Position numbers and translations under genes: made by a program
Notes under the pieces: model-generated
Told to the model about the DNA's origin: nothing
Seen by the model: only the letters and a program-made list of their open reading frames with translations
Database searches by the model: none
In this document: positions 44,733-53,710 of the stretch, one piece after another
How the letters are laid out: each line of letters opens with the position of its first letter
How positions within the stretch are numbered: the stretch's first letter is position 1
Assembly (NCBI GenBank): GCA_919901915.1
Contig: CAKKQB010000013.1
Span: forward strand, 64,192 to 128,191
Reading direction: 5' to 3'
Source: Omnitrophica bacterium GWA2_41_15
Lineage (GTDB): Bacteria > Omnitrophota > Gorgyraeia > Gygaellales > Profunditerraquicolaceae
Length of the DNA stretch: 64,000 nt

Positions 44733-45569
44733 TGATATTTTAAGATTACAGATATGCTTTTCTTTATCTAAATAAACACTGTTCCTCTTTGTCAATTCAT
44801 CCCAATTTACTTGAGTTCCGTCAAATTCCGGGCCATCAACGCAAGCAAATTTCGTCTTACCTGCCACAGTTACACGGCAACAGCCGCACATTCCAGTAGC
44901 ATCTACCATCAAAGGATTCAAAGAAACAATGGTTTTAACTTTAAAATCGCTAGCAACCTCGCAAACTCTTCTCATCATCGGTATCGGGCCGACTGCGTAA
45001 ATTAGCGAATAGCGGATAGCGGATAGTGAATAGCTTAATACCTCCTGCAAAATATCAGTAACAAAGCCTTTCCTGCCGCAAGAACCGTCATCAGTGGTTA
45101 TATAAAGCTCATCGCAAAACACCTTTAGCTCCTGCTCCAAAATCAATAAATCATTGTTTCTTGCGCCCAGTATAGTAGTAGTATGGTTTCCCGCTTCTTT
45201 CAAAGCCTTGGCAACCGGATAAATCTCCGCAATTCCTACGCCTCCGCCTACAAGAATTAAATTTCCAAAATTTTTAATCTCAGTAGCATGCCCCAGGGGC
45301 CCGGCCAAAGCGTATAATGAATCACCAACCTCCATCTTGCCCAGCAACTTAGTAGTTAAGCCAACCTCTTGAAAGATCAAGGTAATTGTGCCTATGTCAG
45401 AATTTTTATCTACTATAGTTAGAGGTATCCTTTCGCCTTCCTCGCATACCATAAGAACAACAAATTGGCCCGGTCTTACTTTCCTGGCAATAAGCGGGCT
45501 TAAGATTTCAAAGCGCTTAATTGTTACGTCTTGCGTTTGTGCTAAAATTTCTTTTTTGATTATCCGCAT
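44724..45569 (-). CDS. nfnA: NfnA/SudB-like FAD/NAD-binding ferredoxin-reductase-type subunit (PyrK family)
   Basis: 281 aa. Has RPGQFV, GGGVGIA and a C-terminal 2Fe-2S Cys cluster (GMCGCCRV...CVDGPEF). Confidence 0.75.
   Translation of the reverse strand: MRIIKKEILAQTQDVTIKRFEILSPLIARKVRPGQFVVLMVCEEGERIPLTIVDKNSDIGTITLIFQEVGLTTKLLGKMEVGDSLYALAGPLGHATEIKNFGNLILVGGGVGIAEIYPVAKALKEAGNHTTTILGARNNDLLILEQELKVFCDELYITTDDGSCGRKGFVTDILQEVLSYSLSAIRYSLIYAVGPIPMMRRVCEVASDFKVKTIVSLNPLMVDATGMCGCCRVTVAGKTKFACVDGPEFDGTQVNWDELTKRNSVYLDKEKHICNLKISSV
45001..45035. repeat. A-type heptamer array (single arm) inside nfnA, in frame
   Basis: agcgaatagcggatagcggatagtgaatagc encodes SYSLSAIRYSLIY. Confidence 0.7.
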
Positions 45570-45607
45570 AGAAAAAATTGATTACCGAAAGAAAAGGATT
45601 CGTTGAT

Positions 45608-45728
45608 GGGACTGTTGTGAAATACCAAACCTTGCGTCATTCTGAGGCCGAAAGCCGAAGAATCTCGACGCTGATAAGATCCTTCGCTTCGCTCAGGATG
45701 ACGAAAAAGGGTATTTCGCAACGGTCCC
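45608..45728. mobile_element. MITE-like element, short variant (ends GGGACTGTTGTGAAATACC / GGTATTTCGCAACGGTCCC)
   Basis: Same end family as 8025-8197 and 51992-52164, but with core II inside (gtcattctgaggccgaaagccgaagaatc...gctcaggatgac). Confidence 0.75.
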
Positions 45729-45740
45729 TTGATCGGAATC

Positions 45741-46478
45741 TTACTTTACATCACTGTAATCATTCTTATTTTTTAATTCGGCAGTTAAAATAATTGCTTC
45801 GGCGATTTCGCGCATGGACTTACGTTTATCCATACTCTGTTTTTGAATTAATCTGTAGGCCTCGGATGGTTTTACATCTGCCTCCTGGGAAAGTATATCC
45901 TTTGCCCGTTCAATCAGCTTGCGGGTAACTAAGGCTTCTTCAGCGCTATGCGCCCGCAAAGATAATTCAGCATTTTCAATGGCCATAGCCGTCTGATTGG
46001 CCAAAGTTGTAAGAAGACTTATCTCGGATTTTGTAAACTTATGTCTTTTTGAGGTATAACAATTAAGCACGCCGATTACTGTCCCTCTTACTGCCAAAGG
46101 GACACTAGCCAAAGAACAAAGCCCTTCTTTTTTAGCGATGTCCCTATTTAAGTAATCCGCGTCTTCCCTGACATCCAAAACAACCATTGATTTATTATCC
46201 CGCGCAACCGCTCCCGCAATCCCCTCTCCTAATTTTATATTGGGTTTTTTATTGTAGCTTTGAGAAATAGACTGGGTCGCGCGTACAACTAATTCTTTCC
46301 TCTCGGAATCAAGAAGCATCAAAGAAGAGATTTTTAAATTCATCACCTGGGCAGTAACCTCAACAACTAAACGAAGAAGCTCGTCCAGATACAAGCCTGA
46401 AGTAATCAGGTTCGCGACCTTAGAAATCGCCTCAATCTGCTTTGTATAAACCTGATAACCCTTTACCTTTTTAATCAT
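45741..46478 (-). CDS. GAF + ANTAR domain RNA-binding antitermination regulator
   Basis: 245 aa. A GAF domain, then an ANTAR-like C-terminus (LVTRKLIERAKDILSQEADVKPSEAYRLIQKQSMDKRKSMREIAEAII). Confidence 0.85.
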   Translation of the reverse strand: MIKKVKGYQVYTKQIEAISKVANLITSGLYLDELLRLVVEVTAQVMNLKISSLMLLDSERKELVVRATQSISQSYNKKPNIKLGEGIAGAVARDNKSMVVLDVREDADYLNRDIAKKEGLCSLASVPLAVRGTVIGVLNCYTSKRHKFTKSEISLLTTLANQTAMAIENAELSLRAHSAEEALVTRKLIERAKDILSQEADVKPSEAYRLIQKQSMDKRKSMREIAEAIILTAELKNKNDYSDVK

Positions 46479-46484
46479 AATTAG

Positions 46485-47642
46485 TTAACGATTCCTCTTC
46501 AAAAAACTTTCTATTCTACTTAACGCCTCTTTCAAATTATCAAAACTTGCGGCATAGGATATGCGAATATTGTCCGCGAACTGAGCGCCAAAAGCTGTGC
46601 CCGGAATAACCGCGACCTTTTCCTCCTTTAAAAGCTGTTGGCAAAAATCCATCGCCTTAAGACCGCTGCTTTTTATGCTGGGAAAAGCATAGAAAGCACC
46701 CTGCGGCTTTGAACACTCAAGGCCGATGCGATTCAGCTCACTAACCACAAACTCTCTTCTTCGTTTATATTCACGCTTCATCTCTTCCACTGATTTTCTG
46801 CCTGAATGCATCGCTTCAGAAGCAGCTATTTGAGAAGTAATAGACACGCACATAATGGTATACTGATGAATCTTAGTCATAGCCGCGATAATCTCTTTTG
46901 GGCCGCAAGCAAAGCCCACACGCCAGCCAGTCATCGCGTAACTTTTGGAAAAACCATCAAGATAAACAGTCGAATTTTTTGCTTGAGGCAATGTCGCGAA
47001 AGGCGTATGAGTAAAATCATACGTCAAATCTCCATAAACCTCATCGCTGATACAAAGCAGATTATACTTCAACGCGATCTTCTTAATTTCCTCTAATTCT
47101 TTTTTAGTATAAGATACGCCCGTAGGATTAGTAGGGTAGTTCAATATAATTGCTTTAGCTTTCTTGTCTATGCTCTTCTCCAAGCTTTCCGGTGTAAGCT
47201 TAAAATTGTTTTTACTTGTATCGATATAAACAGGTATACCGCCGGCTAATTCACTAACCGGGCCGTAAGAAACATAACATGGCTCGGGTATAATTATTTT
47301 ATCACCCGGATTTATAATGGAACGCAAAACTAAATCCAAAGCCTCGCTTACCCCAACAGTAATCAAAATCTCTTCATCCGGACAATAATCCAAACCGTAT
47401 TTATTTTTTAGGTATTGTGAAATGGTCAGCCTTAATTTATACAAGCCCTTATTTGAGGTGTAAGAGGTAAAACCCTCTTCTAATGAAGCTATCCCTGCTT
47501 CGCGTATCTGCCAAGGCGTAACAAAATCCGGCTCACCCACGCCAAGGGAAATTACATCCTTCATGCCTAATACTAAATCAAAAAACGCGCGAATTCCGGA
47601 GGGATGCATTTGCTTAACTTTTTCGGAAACCAAATCTTTCAT
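46485..47642 (-). CDS. class I/II PLP-dependent aminotransferase (AspC-like)
   Basis: 385 aa. Has NPTG and the PLP lysine motif SKSYAMTGWRVG. Confidence 0.9.
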   Translation of the reverse strand: MKDLVSEKVKQMHPSGIRAFFDLVLGMKDVISLGVGEPDFVTPWQIREAGIASLEEGFTSYTSNKGLYKLRLTISQYLKNKYGLDYCPDEEILITVGVSEALDLVLRSIINPGDKIIIPEPCYVSYGPVSELAGGIPVYIDTSKNNFKLTPESLEKSIDKKAKAIILNYPTNPTGVSYTKKELEEIKKIALKYNLLCISDEVYGDLTYDFTHTPFATLPQAKNSTVYLDGFSKSYAMTGWRVGFACGPKEIIAAMTKIHQYTIMCVSITSQIAASEAMHSGRKSVEEMKREYKRRREFVVSELNRIGLECSKPQGAFYAFPSIKSSGLKAMDFCQQLLKEEKVAVIPGTAFGAQFADNIRISYAASFDNLKEALSRIESFLKRNR

Positions 47643-47649
47643 CGTTTTC

Positions 47650-47716
47650 AGCGTTTAGCGGATAGCGTTTAGCGTATAGTTTTTTTTATCCGCTATACGC
47701 TCTACGCTATACGCTA
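47650..47716. repeat. A-type heptamer-array hairpin
   Basis: cagcgtttagcggatagcgtttagcgtatag-ttttttt-tatccgctatacgctctacgctatacgcta. Confidence 0.85.
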
Positions 47717-48202
47717 TTAATACGATATAGCTATCCTCTTATTCTCTTCCCTGTGCTTCAAAATCACTCCATCTTCCTTATATTTTTTTAATAAAAAGTG
47801 CGTGACTATGCCGCGGATATTCTCGAGGCAAGAAAGTTTCTCCGCTACAAATTGTGAAACTTTTTGTAAATTCTTGCCCTCAACTATAACCAAAAGGTCA
47901 TACGTGCCGGAAATCAAGCAACAGTCAGTTACCTCCGGAAACGAATAAATACGCTCAGCAATTTTATCAAAACCAATATCCTTTTGCGGAGCAATATTAA
48001 CCTCTATCAAAGCCCTGACGGAAGGCTCTTCGGTTTTAATTAAATCCTTATTTATTACTGTTTTATATTTTAAAATTATCCCCTCTTTTTCATACTTTTT
48101 TATCGCCTCTTTTATTGCCTCCGGCTTTTTCTTTAACATTTTCGCGATCTCTTCCGGAGTTACAAGCGCGTTCTTTTCTAATATCTCTAATATTTCGTCC
48201 AT
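47717..48202 (-). CDS. Lrp/AsnC family transcriptional regulator
   Basis: 161 aa. An HTH, then a RAM/AsnC_trans_reg domain. Confidence 0.85.
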   Translation of the reverse strand: MDEILEILEKNALVTPEEIAKMLKKKPEAIKEAIKKYEKEGIILKYKTVINKDLIKTEEPSVRALIEVNIAPQKDIGFDKIAERIYSFPEVTDCCLISGTYDLLVIVEGKNLQKVSQFVAEKLSCLENIRGIVTHFLLKKYKEDGVILKHREENKRIAISY

Positions 48203-48225
48203 TACCTCGCTCCTTTCAGTCGCTC

Positions 48226-48287
48226 GGAGAGAACAGATTACAGAGTACGGATTACTGAAAGATTTTTCTGTGCTCTGTTCTCTGTGC
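48226..48287. repeat. C-type heptamer hairpin (CAGAGMA units), overlapping the nadE 3' end
   Basis: ggagagaacagattacagagtac...ctgtgctctgttctctgtgc. Related to 61007-61095. Confidence 0.7.
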
Positions 48288-49008
48288 TTTCTTTAATATA
48301 GCATATTTTCGGCCCTTCCCTCTTATGCTCTGATTTCTTTACCATATTTTTTACTTTATTTACTTTCTCTTTTGATAAGACCTGTTTCTTCTTGTTTTCC
48401 AAACGCTCCAATATGTCATCTAACTCGTTATAGGTAAGCCCCATTTCTCCTTCATCGGTCTGGCCTGGCCAGAGTCCGGCAGTAGGCGGCTTAGTAACAA
48501 TGGATTCGGGAATCTTTAATTCTTTAGCCAATGCCCTTACCTGTTTTTTTAATAAACCGCCGATTGGCAAAATATCCGTTGCCCCGTCGCCATACTTGGT
48601 AAAATAACCGACTTCAATTTCAGATCTATTTCCTGTGCCGCAGACAAGATAATTAAGTTTATTGGCAAAATAATATAAAACTAACATCCTTAAGCGCGGT
48701 TTTAAATTTGCCAAAGCTAACGGCCCCGCTTTGGGTAAAATTTTCATGACATTGTCGTAAATATCAGCCAAATCAATTAATTTTATTTTTATCCCAAATT
48801 TCCTTGCCACTAACTTTGCGTCATCTAAATCCTGTTTTTGACTATGACAGCCAAGAAACAAAACCAAAAGTTTTTGTTTACCCAGCGCTTCCCTGGCTAA
48901 AACAGCTACCACCGCGGAATCTATCCCCCCGCTTAAACCCATAACAATACCCTTTGCCTTAGCCGCTTTGACCTGCTGCCTAATCCAAGAAATAATTTTC
49001 TTTTTCAT
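48238..49008 (-). CDS. nadE: NH3-dependent NAD+ synthetase
   Basis: 256 aa with the SGGIDS PP-loop. The last about 16 aa (STENRAQKNLSVIRTL) are repeat-derived. Confidence 0.9.
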   Translation of the reverse strand: MKKKIISWIRQQVKAAKAKGIVMGLSGGIDSAVVAVLAREALGKQKLLVLFLGCHSQKQDLDDAKLVARKFGIKIKLIDLADIYDNVMKILPKAGPLALANLKPRLRMLVLYYFANKLNYLVCGTGNRSEIEVGYFTKYGDGATDILPIGGLLKKQVRALAKELKIPESIVTKPPTAGLWPGQTDEGEMGLTYNELDDILERLENKKKQVLSKEKVNKVKNMVKKSEHKREGPKICYIKESTENRAQKNLSVIRTL

Positions 49009-49107
49009 ATTTTATTTAAAAATATCACCTAAATAAACCGGGACCGAGAACCGCCCCTGTTTCTTGCCCCTGCTTCTCACAATATTGCACTTTTAAGCAA
49101 TGCTCGT

Positions 49108-49815
49108 TTACGCGGCTTCGCGCAAAAAATTTGTACCCCTGCAGGCGCCGACGCAAACTCCGCAAACATATTGATCTGCTAATCTCTGCTTTTGAAACTC
49201 CTTTAACTTCTCAAAACACTTGATATGATCAAATTCTGTTGCTTCCTCTTTTATTGCTCCAGAGGGACATATTTTAGCACAAAGCATACAACTACCGCAA
49301 TCTTTTTTTACCGGCTTATCTATTTTCAAAGGCATATTGGTAAGTATGGTAACTAAGCGAAATTGACTTCCTAAGGTTTCGTTAACCAATAAATTATTCC
49401 TGCCAATCCAGCCTAAACCAGCTAAGACACCTATCTTTTTATGCGAAAGATGCGCCTTTTGGTTCTGCCAATCTAAAATTATTGAAGCAGGAATTGGCAA
49501 GGCAAGAAAACTTTTTTTCTGTATGTAATTACATATTTTAAGGCTACTCTGATCCAAAAACGCGTTGACTACGCGATAATGATGAAAATAAAGACGGGTA
49601 GGACTATCAACAATTTCTTCTAAAATACTCCCGGATAACCTTACGCCCAGGCAAACCGCGCTATCTAATTTATCAATGGCCTTGCCAGATAAAAGAAAAT
49701 CCTTTTTTATCTCTTTGATATCCGCGACACCAAATAAATCTATACCTAAATCCTGACAGAATTTCTTTAATTGCGAATAATTTTTATTTTTGCTTACACT
49801 CTCTTGCATATACAA
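49108..49815 (-). CDS. 4Fe-4S protein, short QueG (epoxyqueuosine reductase)-like
   Basis: 235 aa. Has AGLGWIGRNNLLVNETLGSQFRLVTILTN and CGSCMLCAKICPSGAI. Confidence 0.5.
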   Translation of the reverse strand: MYMQESVSKNKNYSQLKKFCQDLGIDLFGVADIKEIKKDFLLSGKAIDKLDSAVCLGVRLSGSILEEIVDSPTRLYFHHYRVVNAFLDQSSLKICNYIQKKSFLALPIPASIILDWQNQKAHLSHKKIGVLAGLGWIGRNNLLVNETLGSQFRLVTILTNMPLKIDKPVKKDCGSCMLCAKICPSGAIKEEATEFDHIKCFEKLKEFQKQRLADQYVCGVCVGACRGTNFLREAA

Positions 49816-49832
49816 TTATCAAAAACCACCCT

Positions 49833-49903
49833 GTCATTCTGAGGCCCTGAAGGGGCCGAAGAATCTCGACGCTAATAAGATCCTTCGCTTCGCTCAGGAT
49901 GAC
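49833..49903. repeat. core II capped hairpin without MITE ends, overlapping the mnmG 3' end
   Basis: gtcattctgaggccctgaaggggccgaagaatctcgacgctaataagatccttcgcttcgctcaggatgac; compare 45636-45702. Confidence 0.8.
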
Positions 49904-51773
49904 AAAAATGAGATATTTTCTTCAAATACACCATTAAAATAGAAATGGCCGCGGGCGTTACTCCGGAAATTCGCGAAGCCTGGCCCAGATTTAATGGCCT
50001 AAACTTACTTAGCTTTTCTTTAACCTCTCTCGAAAGGCTATTGATAGCAGTATAATCCAACCCCTCCGGAAGCCTGATTTTTTCTAAATTTTTAAATCTC
50101 TCCACATCCTTTAATTGCCTCCGGATAAATCCCGCGTATTTTACCTCAATTTCAATCTGACGTAAAGCTAATTCCGGAAAATTATTGAAAAAATCCTCCT
50201 GGCACAAGTTTTTTAATTTCTCGATGTCAATCTGCGGCCTTTTTAAGAGCTCCTCAAGAGTTACGGATTTCTTTAAAGGAGAACTACTATATTGGGTCAG
50301 CTTATCATTGACCTCCCGCGTTGGCTTAAGACGCGTATTTCTTATACAATTAAAACCTTCGGTTATCGCGTCTTTTTTCCTTTGTAATTTTTCATAATCC
50401 TTGCTATTTACCAATCCTAAATCATACCCTATTTTTCCAAGGCGTAAATCCGCGTTATCTTCGCGCAAGATCAAGCGATATTCCACGCGCGAAGTAAACA
50501 TCCGGTATGGCTCAAGAGTTCCCTTAATAGTTAAATCATCTATCAATACGCCAATATAGCTGGTCGCGCGATCCAAAATCAATGCCTCCTTAGATTTTAC
50601 TCTTAAGGCCGCGTTTATTCCCGCGATTAAACCCTGGGCTGCTGCTTCCTCATAACCGGTAGTGCCATTAATTTGTCCGGCAAAATATAAATTCTTAATC
50701 AATTTTGTTTCTAAAGAAAGCTTTAGCTGGGTAGGCTCTGCCACAGTATGCTCTATTCCATAACCAAAACGAATAATTTTAGCATTCTCTAATCCTTCAA
50801 TTGAATGTATTAAGTCCGATTGCGCGTCTTCAGGCAAACTTGTGGACAGGCCATTCGGATACACCTCATCCGTAGACAAACCTTCTAGCTCCAGAAACAC
50901 CTGGTGCCTTTCTTTATCAGAAAATTTAACAATTTTGTCTTCAACTGACGGACAATAGCGGACTCCCGTTGCCTTGATAAGGCCGGTATAGAGCGGAGAA
51001 CGGCATAAATTATCAAGAATAATTTTATGAGTTCTTTTATTTGTATAGGTTATATGGCAGGGAACTTGTTTTTGTATTAACTTTTCACTTGAAAAAGAAA
51101 ACGCTCGCGCCGGATTATCCCCTTCCTGAACTATAAGCTTAGAAAAATCTATTGTATTCTTATCTAAGCGGCTGCAGGTCCCGGTTTTAAATCTAAGCAA
51201 ATAGAAACCTAACTCCTTTAGGTTATTTGTCAGGCCTATCGCCGCTGGCTCATTGATGCGCCCCGCGCTAAAAGACTTAAGGCCAACATAGATTAAGCCA
51301 TCTAAAAACGTGCCCGGACAGATAACCACGGTTTTGGATAAAATCTCCTCGTCCTTACTCGTAACCACCCCCATCACTATATTATCAGAAACTACCAATC
51401 TTTTTACCTCCGCCTCTTTGATAAAAAGATTTTCCTGTTTCTCCAATATTTCCTTCATATACTGGCTGTATATTTCCATATCCACCTGCGCGCGGGATGA
51501 TTGCACAGCCGGCCCCTTAGAGGCATTAAGAATTCTAAACTGAATTCCGCTAAAATCAGCGGCCTTCGCCATTTGCCCGCCCAAGGCATCAATCTCTTTT
51601 ACAAGCTGGCCCTTGCCTACTCCGCCAATCGCCGGATTACAGCTCATCAAGCCTATTGTTTTCACGCTCAAAGTAATAATAAGCGTCTTGCAGCCCATCC
51701 GCGCTGAAGCCAACCCTGCCTCAATTCCAGCATGGCCGGCGCCAATAATTATAACGTCGTAATTTTGAGTCAT
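49872..51773 (-). CDS. mnmG: tRNA uridine-5-carboxymethylaminomethyl modification enzyme MnmG (GidA)
   Basis: 633 aa, YDVIIIGAGHAGIEA. The tail CHPERSEGSY is encoded by repeat 49833-49903. Confidence 0.95.
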   Translation of the reverse strand: MTQNYDVIIIGAGHAGIEAGLASARMGCKTLIITLSVKTIGLMSCNPAIGGVGKGQLVKEIDALGGQMAKAADFSGIQFRILNASKGPAVQSSRAQVDMEIYSQYMKEILEKQENLFIKEAEVKRLVVSDNIVMGVVTSKDEEILSKTVVICPGTFLDGLIYVGLKSFSAGRINEPAAIGLTNNLKELGFYLLRFKTGTCSRLDKNTIDFSKLIVQEGDNPARAFSFSSEKLIQKQVPCHITYTNKRTHKIILDNLCRSPLYTGLIKATGVRYCPSVEDKIVKFSDKERHQVFLELEGLSTDEVYPNGLSTSLPEDAQSDLIHSIEGLENAKIIRFGYGIEHTVAEPTQLKLSLETKLIKNLYFAGQINGTTGYEEAAAQGLIAGINAALRVKSKEALILDRATSYIGVLIDDLTIKGTLEPYRMFTSRVEYRLILREDNADLRLGKIGYDLGLVNSKDYEKLQRKKDAITEGFNCIRNTRLKPTREVNDKLTQYSSSPLKKSVTLEELLKRPQIDIEKLKNLCQEDFFNNFPELALRQIEIEVKYAGFIRRQLKDVERFKNLEKIRLPEGLDYTAINSLSREVKEKLSKFRPLNLGQASRISGVTPAAISILMVYLKKISHFCHPERSEGSY

Positions 51774-51823
51774 TCGTAAATATTATGAAGTAATTATCGT
51801 AAATATTTAATAGACAACCTGAT

Positions 51824-51987
51824 AACGAAAGTTCCTGTTTGCGCACGAAATTTTTTGCCATGCGCTACGGTTTACTCCTCGTTTCCGCAGTGACTTACCA
51901 AAAAAAACAAGTGCTCCAACTCGTCGTAAATCCTTGCGCACATTTGGCAAAAAAATTTCTAATTGTGCGCAAACAGGAACTTTCGTT
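51824..51987. mobile_element. 164-bp MITE-like element with perfect 23-bp terminal inverted repeats
   Basis: AACGAAAGTTCCTGTTTGCGCAC (51824-51846) and GTGCGCAAACAGGAACTTTCGTT (51965-51987). Further imperfect internal complementarity. Confidence 0.7.
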
Positions 51988-51991
51988 GAGT

Positions 51992-52164
51992 CTGTTGCGA
52001 AATGCCATTTTTCGTCATTCCGGCGAAAGCCGGAATCCAGAACTCTTTGATTTCAATAGGCTTATGGATACCGGCGACCGAGGGCGAAATGCCCGAGGAA
52101 GTGTCAGAGCCCAACTGGGCTCGACCTTTCGCCGGTATGACGGTTTTAATGTATTTCGCAACAG
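51992..52164. mobile_element. MITE-like element, copy 2 (173 bp)
   Basis: Collinear with 8025-8197, differing by a few substitutions. It starts 4 nt after the 51824-51987 element. Confidence 0.75.
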
Positions 52165-52280
52165 TCCCTCGTTATCTGACAACCATCATTTTTTATCACA
52201 TTATTTACGAAAGAACCATAATTTTCCATATAAATTAAAAAAAATGCTATAATTTAGATTCTTTCGTATTTAAAATAATC

Positions 52281-52310
52281 CGTAGGGGCGGTTCGTGAAC
52301 CGCCCTTACG
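52281..52310. repeat. GC-rich hairpin CGTAGGGGCGGTTCGTGAACCGCCCTTACG
   Basis: Related copy at 59738-59761 (GTAGGGGCGGTTCGCGAACCGCCC). Confidence 0.8.
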
Positions 52311-52353
52311 ACGAAACATAAATCATTGAAACGGTTGATTGGCGCGTTTAATA

Positions 52354-53637
52354 TTATTCTCTCGCGCTTTTCACGAGGAGAGGCATGATATCCCGGCCAA
52401 GAAGCTCGCCAAGCGAACCAAGCGATGCCGCTTTTTCAGAAAAACTTAAAGAACCGTCGGGCTTAATGTTTCCACCCGAGATAAGCAAAGGAACGGGGTC
52501 AGAGGAATGGGCTTTTATGACGCAAACAGTAGAATGATCCGCGGTTACAGCAATAATCGTATTGTTTATATCTATTTTTGGCAAAAAGCTTGAAAAAAAA
52601 TACTTATCTATCGCTTCAATAATGTCTTTCTTTTTATTAAAATCTCCGTCGTGCGCTGGCTCATCAGGGCCTTTGATATGCACATAAATACCATCATATT
52701 TCTTCATTGATTCCAAAGCCACCTTAGCCCAAACAGGATAATCCACATCTAAATGCCCGCTTGCATCAGGAACATCAATTATATCCATACCTGTTAATAA
52801 GGCAATCCCTTTTTCTACAGGCATCTGCACAAATGAACCAAACTTTACATCGTAAAAACTCTGAATAGGGGGAAATTTAGGGATGTGGTCCCCCGCGTCA
52901 CGCGATAAAATCACATTGCCGGGCATCTTATTTTCAGAAATCCTCTTTTTATTAACTAAGGAATCATTTAAAACTTTATGGGATTTCTGGGTAAATTCAT
53001 TTAAAAGCGCGGCCGCCTCCTTTGACTCGGGTGAATTCTCGTATCCGGGCATAGGAATTGACTCAACCACAAAATTCTCAAATTTCTCCTTGGCAACACC
53101 AAACACACCCTCCCTGTCATACGCGGGATCAGTATTAGTAATCCATCCGGATAATCTAGAGCGAACCCCTCTTATCACCAAAATTCCGCGATGCCCAATA
53201 GTACTTTTAAATTCAAAAGTCGCGCTTGAAAGCGTAACCTTTGAATTAATTTCTTTTGATAAAGCGACAGCCTCTTCAGTGGTAAGATTTCTTCCCACGC
53301 GCCTATCCTTAATTGTCAAGCCATCTGGCGCCACTGTGGCAAAATTAACCCGGAAAGCCACATCACCATCATTTACAACCAACCCTTCCGCGAAAGATTC
53401 TAAGGGCCCTCTGCCTGTATAATATTTGTGCGCGTCATAGCCTAAAAGACTGATTACCGCGATATCCGACTCCGGAGCAATTCCCTTAGCAACAGGATAA
53501 ACAATACCGGTTCTGCCTTTTTGAGCAAGACGATCAAGATTAGGCGTTAAAGCCGCCTCTAAAGGAGTTTTATTACCTAATTCCTTAACCGGTAAATCAC
53601 CTAAACCATCGAGAACTATATAAATAATTTTTTTCAT
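52354..53637 (-). CDS. apgM: cofactor-independent phosphoglycerate mutase, archaeal-type
   Basis: 427 aa, alkaline-phosphatase-superfamily pattern (ILDGLGD...ADHS). Confidence 0.85.
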   Translation of the reverse strand: MKKIIYIVLDGLGDLPVKELGNKTPLEAALTPNLDRLAQKGRTGIVYPVAKGIAPESDIAVISLLGYDAHKYYTGRGPLESFAEGLVVNDGDVAFRVNFATVAPDGLTIKDRRVGRNLTTEEAVALSKEINSKVTLSSATFEFKSTIGHRGILVIRGVRSRLSGWITNTDPAYDREGVFGVAKEKFENFVVESIPMPGYENSPESKEAAALLNEFTQKSHKVLNDSLVNKKRISENKMPGNVILSRDAGDHIPKFPPIQSFYDVKFGSFVQMPVEKGIALLTGMDIIDVPDASGHLDVDYPVWAKVALESMKKYDGIYVHIKGPDEPAHDGDFNKKKDIIEAIDKYFFSSFLPKIDINNTIIAVTADHSTVCVIKAHSSDPVPLLISGGNIKPDGSLSFSEKAASLGSLGELLGRDIMPLLVKSARE

Positions 53638-53642
53638 ATTTT

Positions 53643-53700
53643 ATTAGCGCGGATAGCGTTTAATTTTTTCTATACGCTATACGCTCTACGCTATACGCTA
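53643..53700. repeat. A-type heptamer-array hairpin
   Basis: ttagcgcggatagcgttta-atttttt-ctatacgctatacgctctacgctatacgcta. Confidence 0.85.
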
Positions 53701-53710
53701 AAACTTTTAT

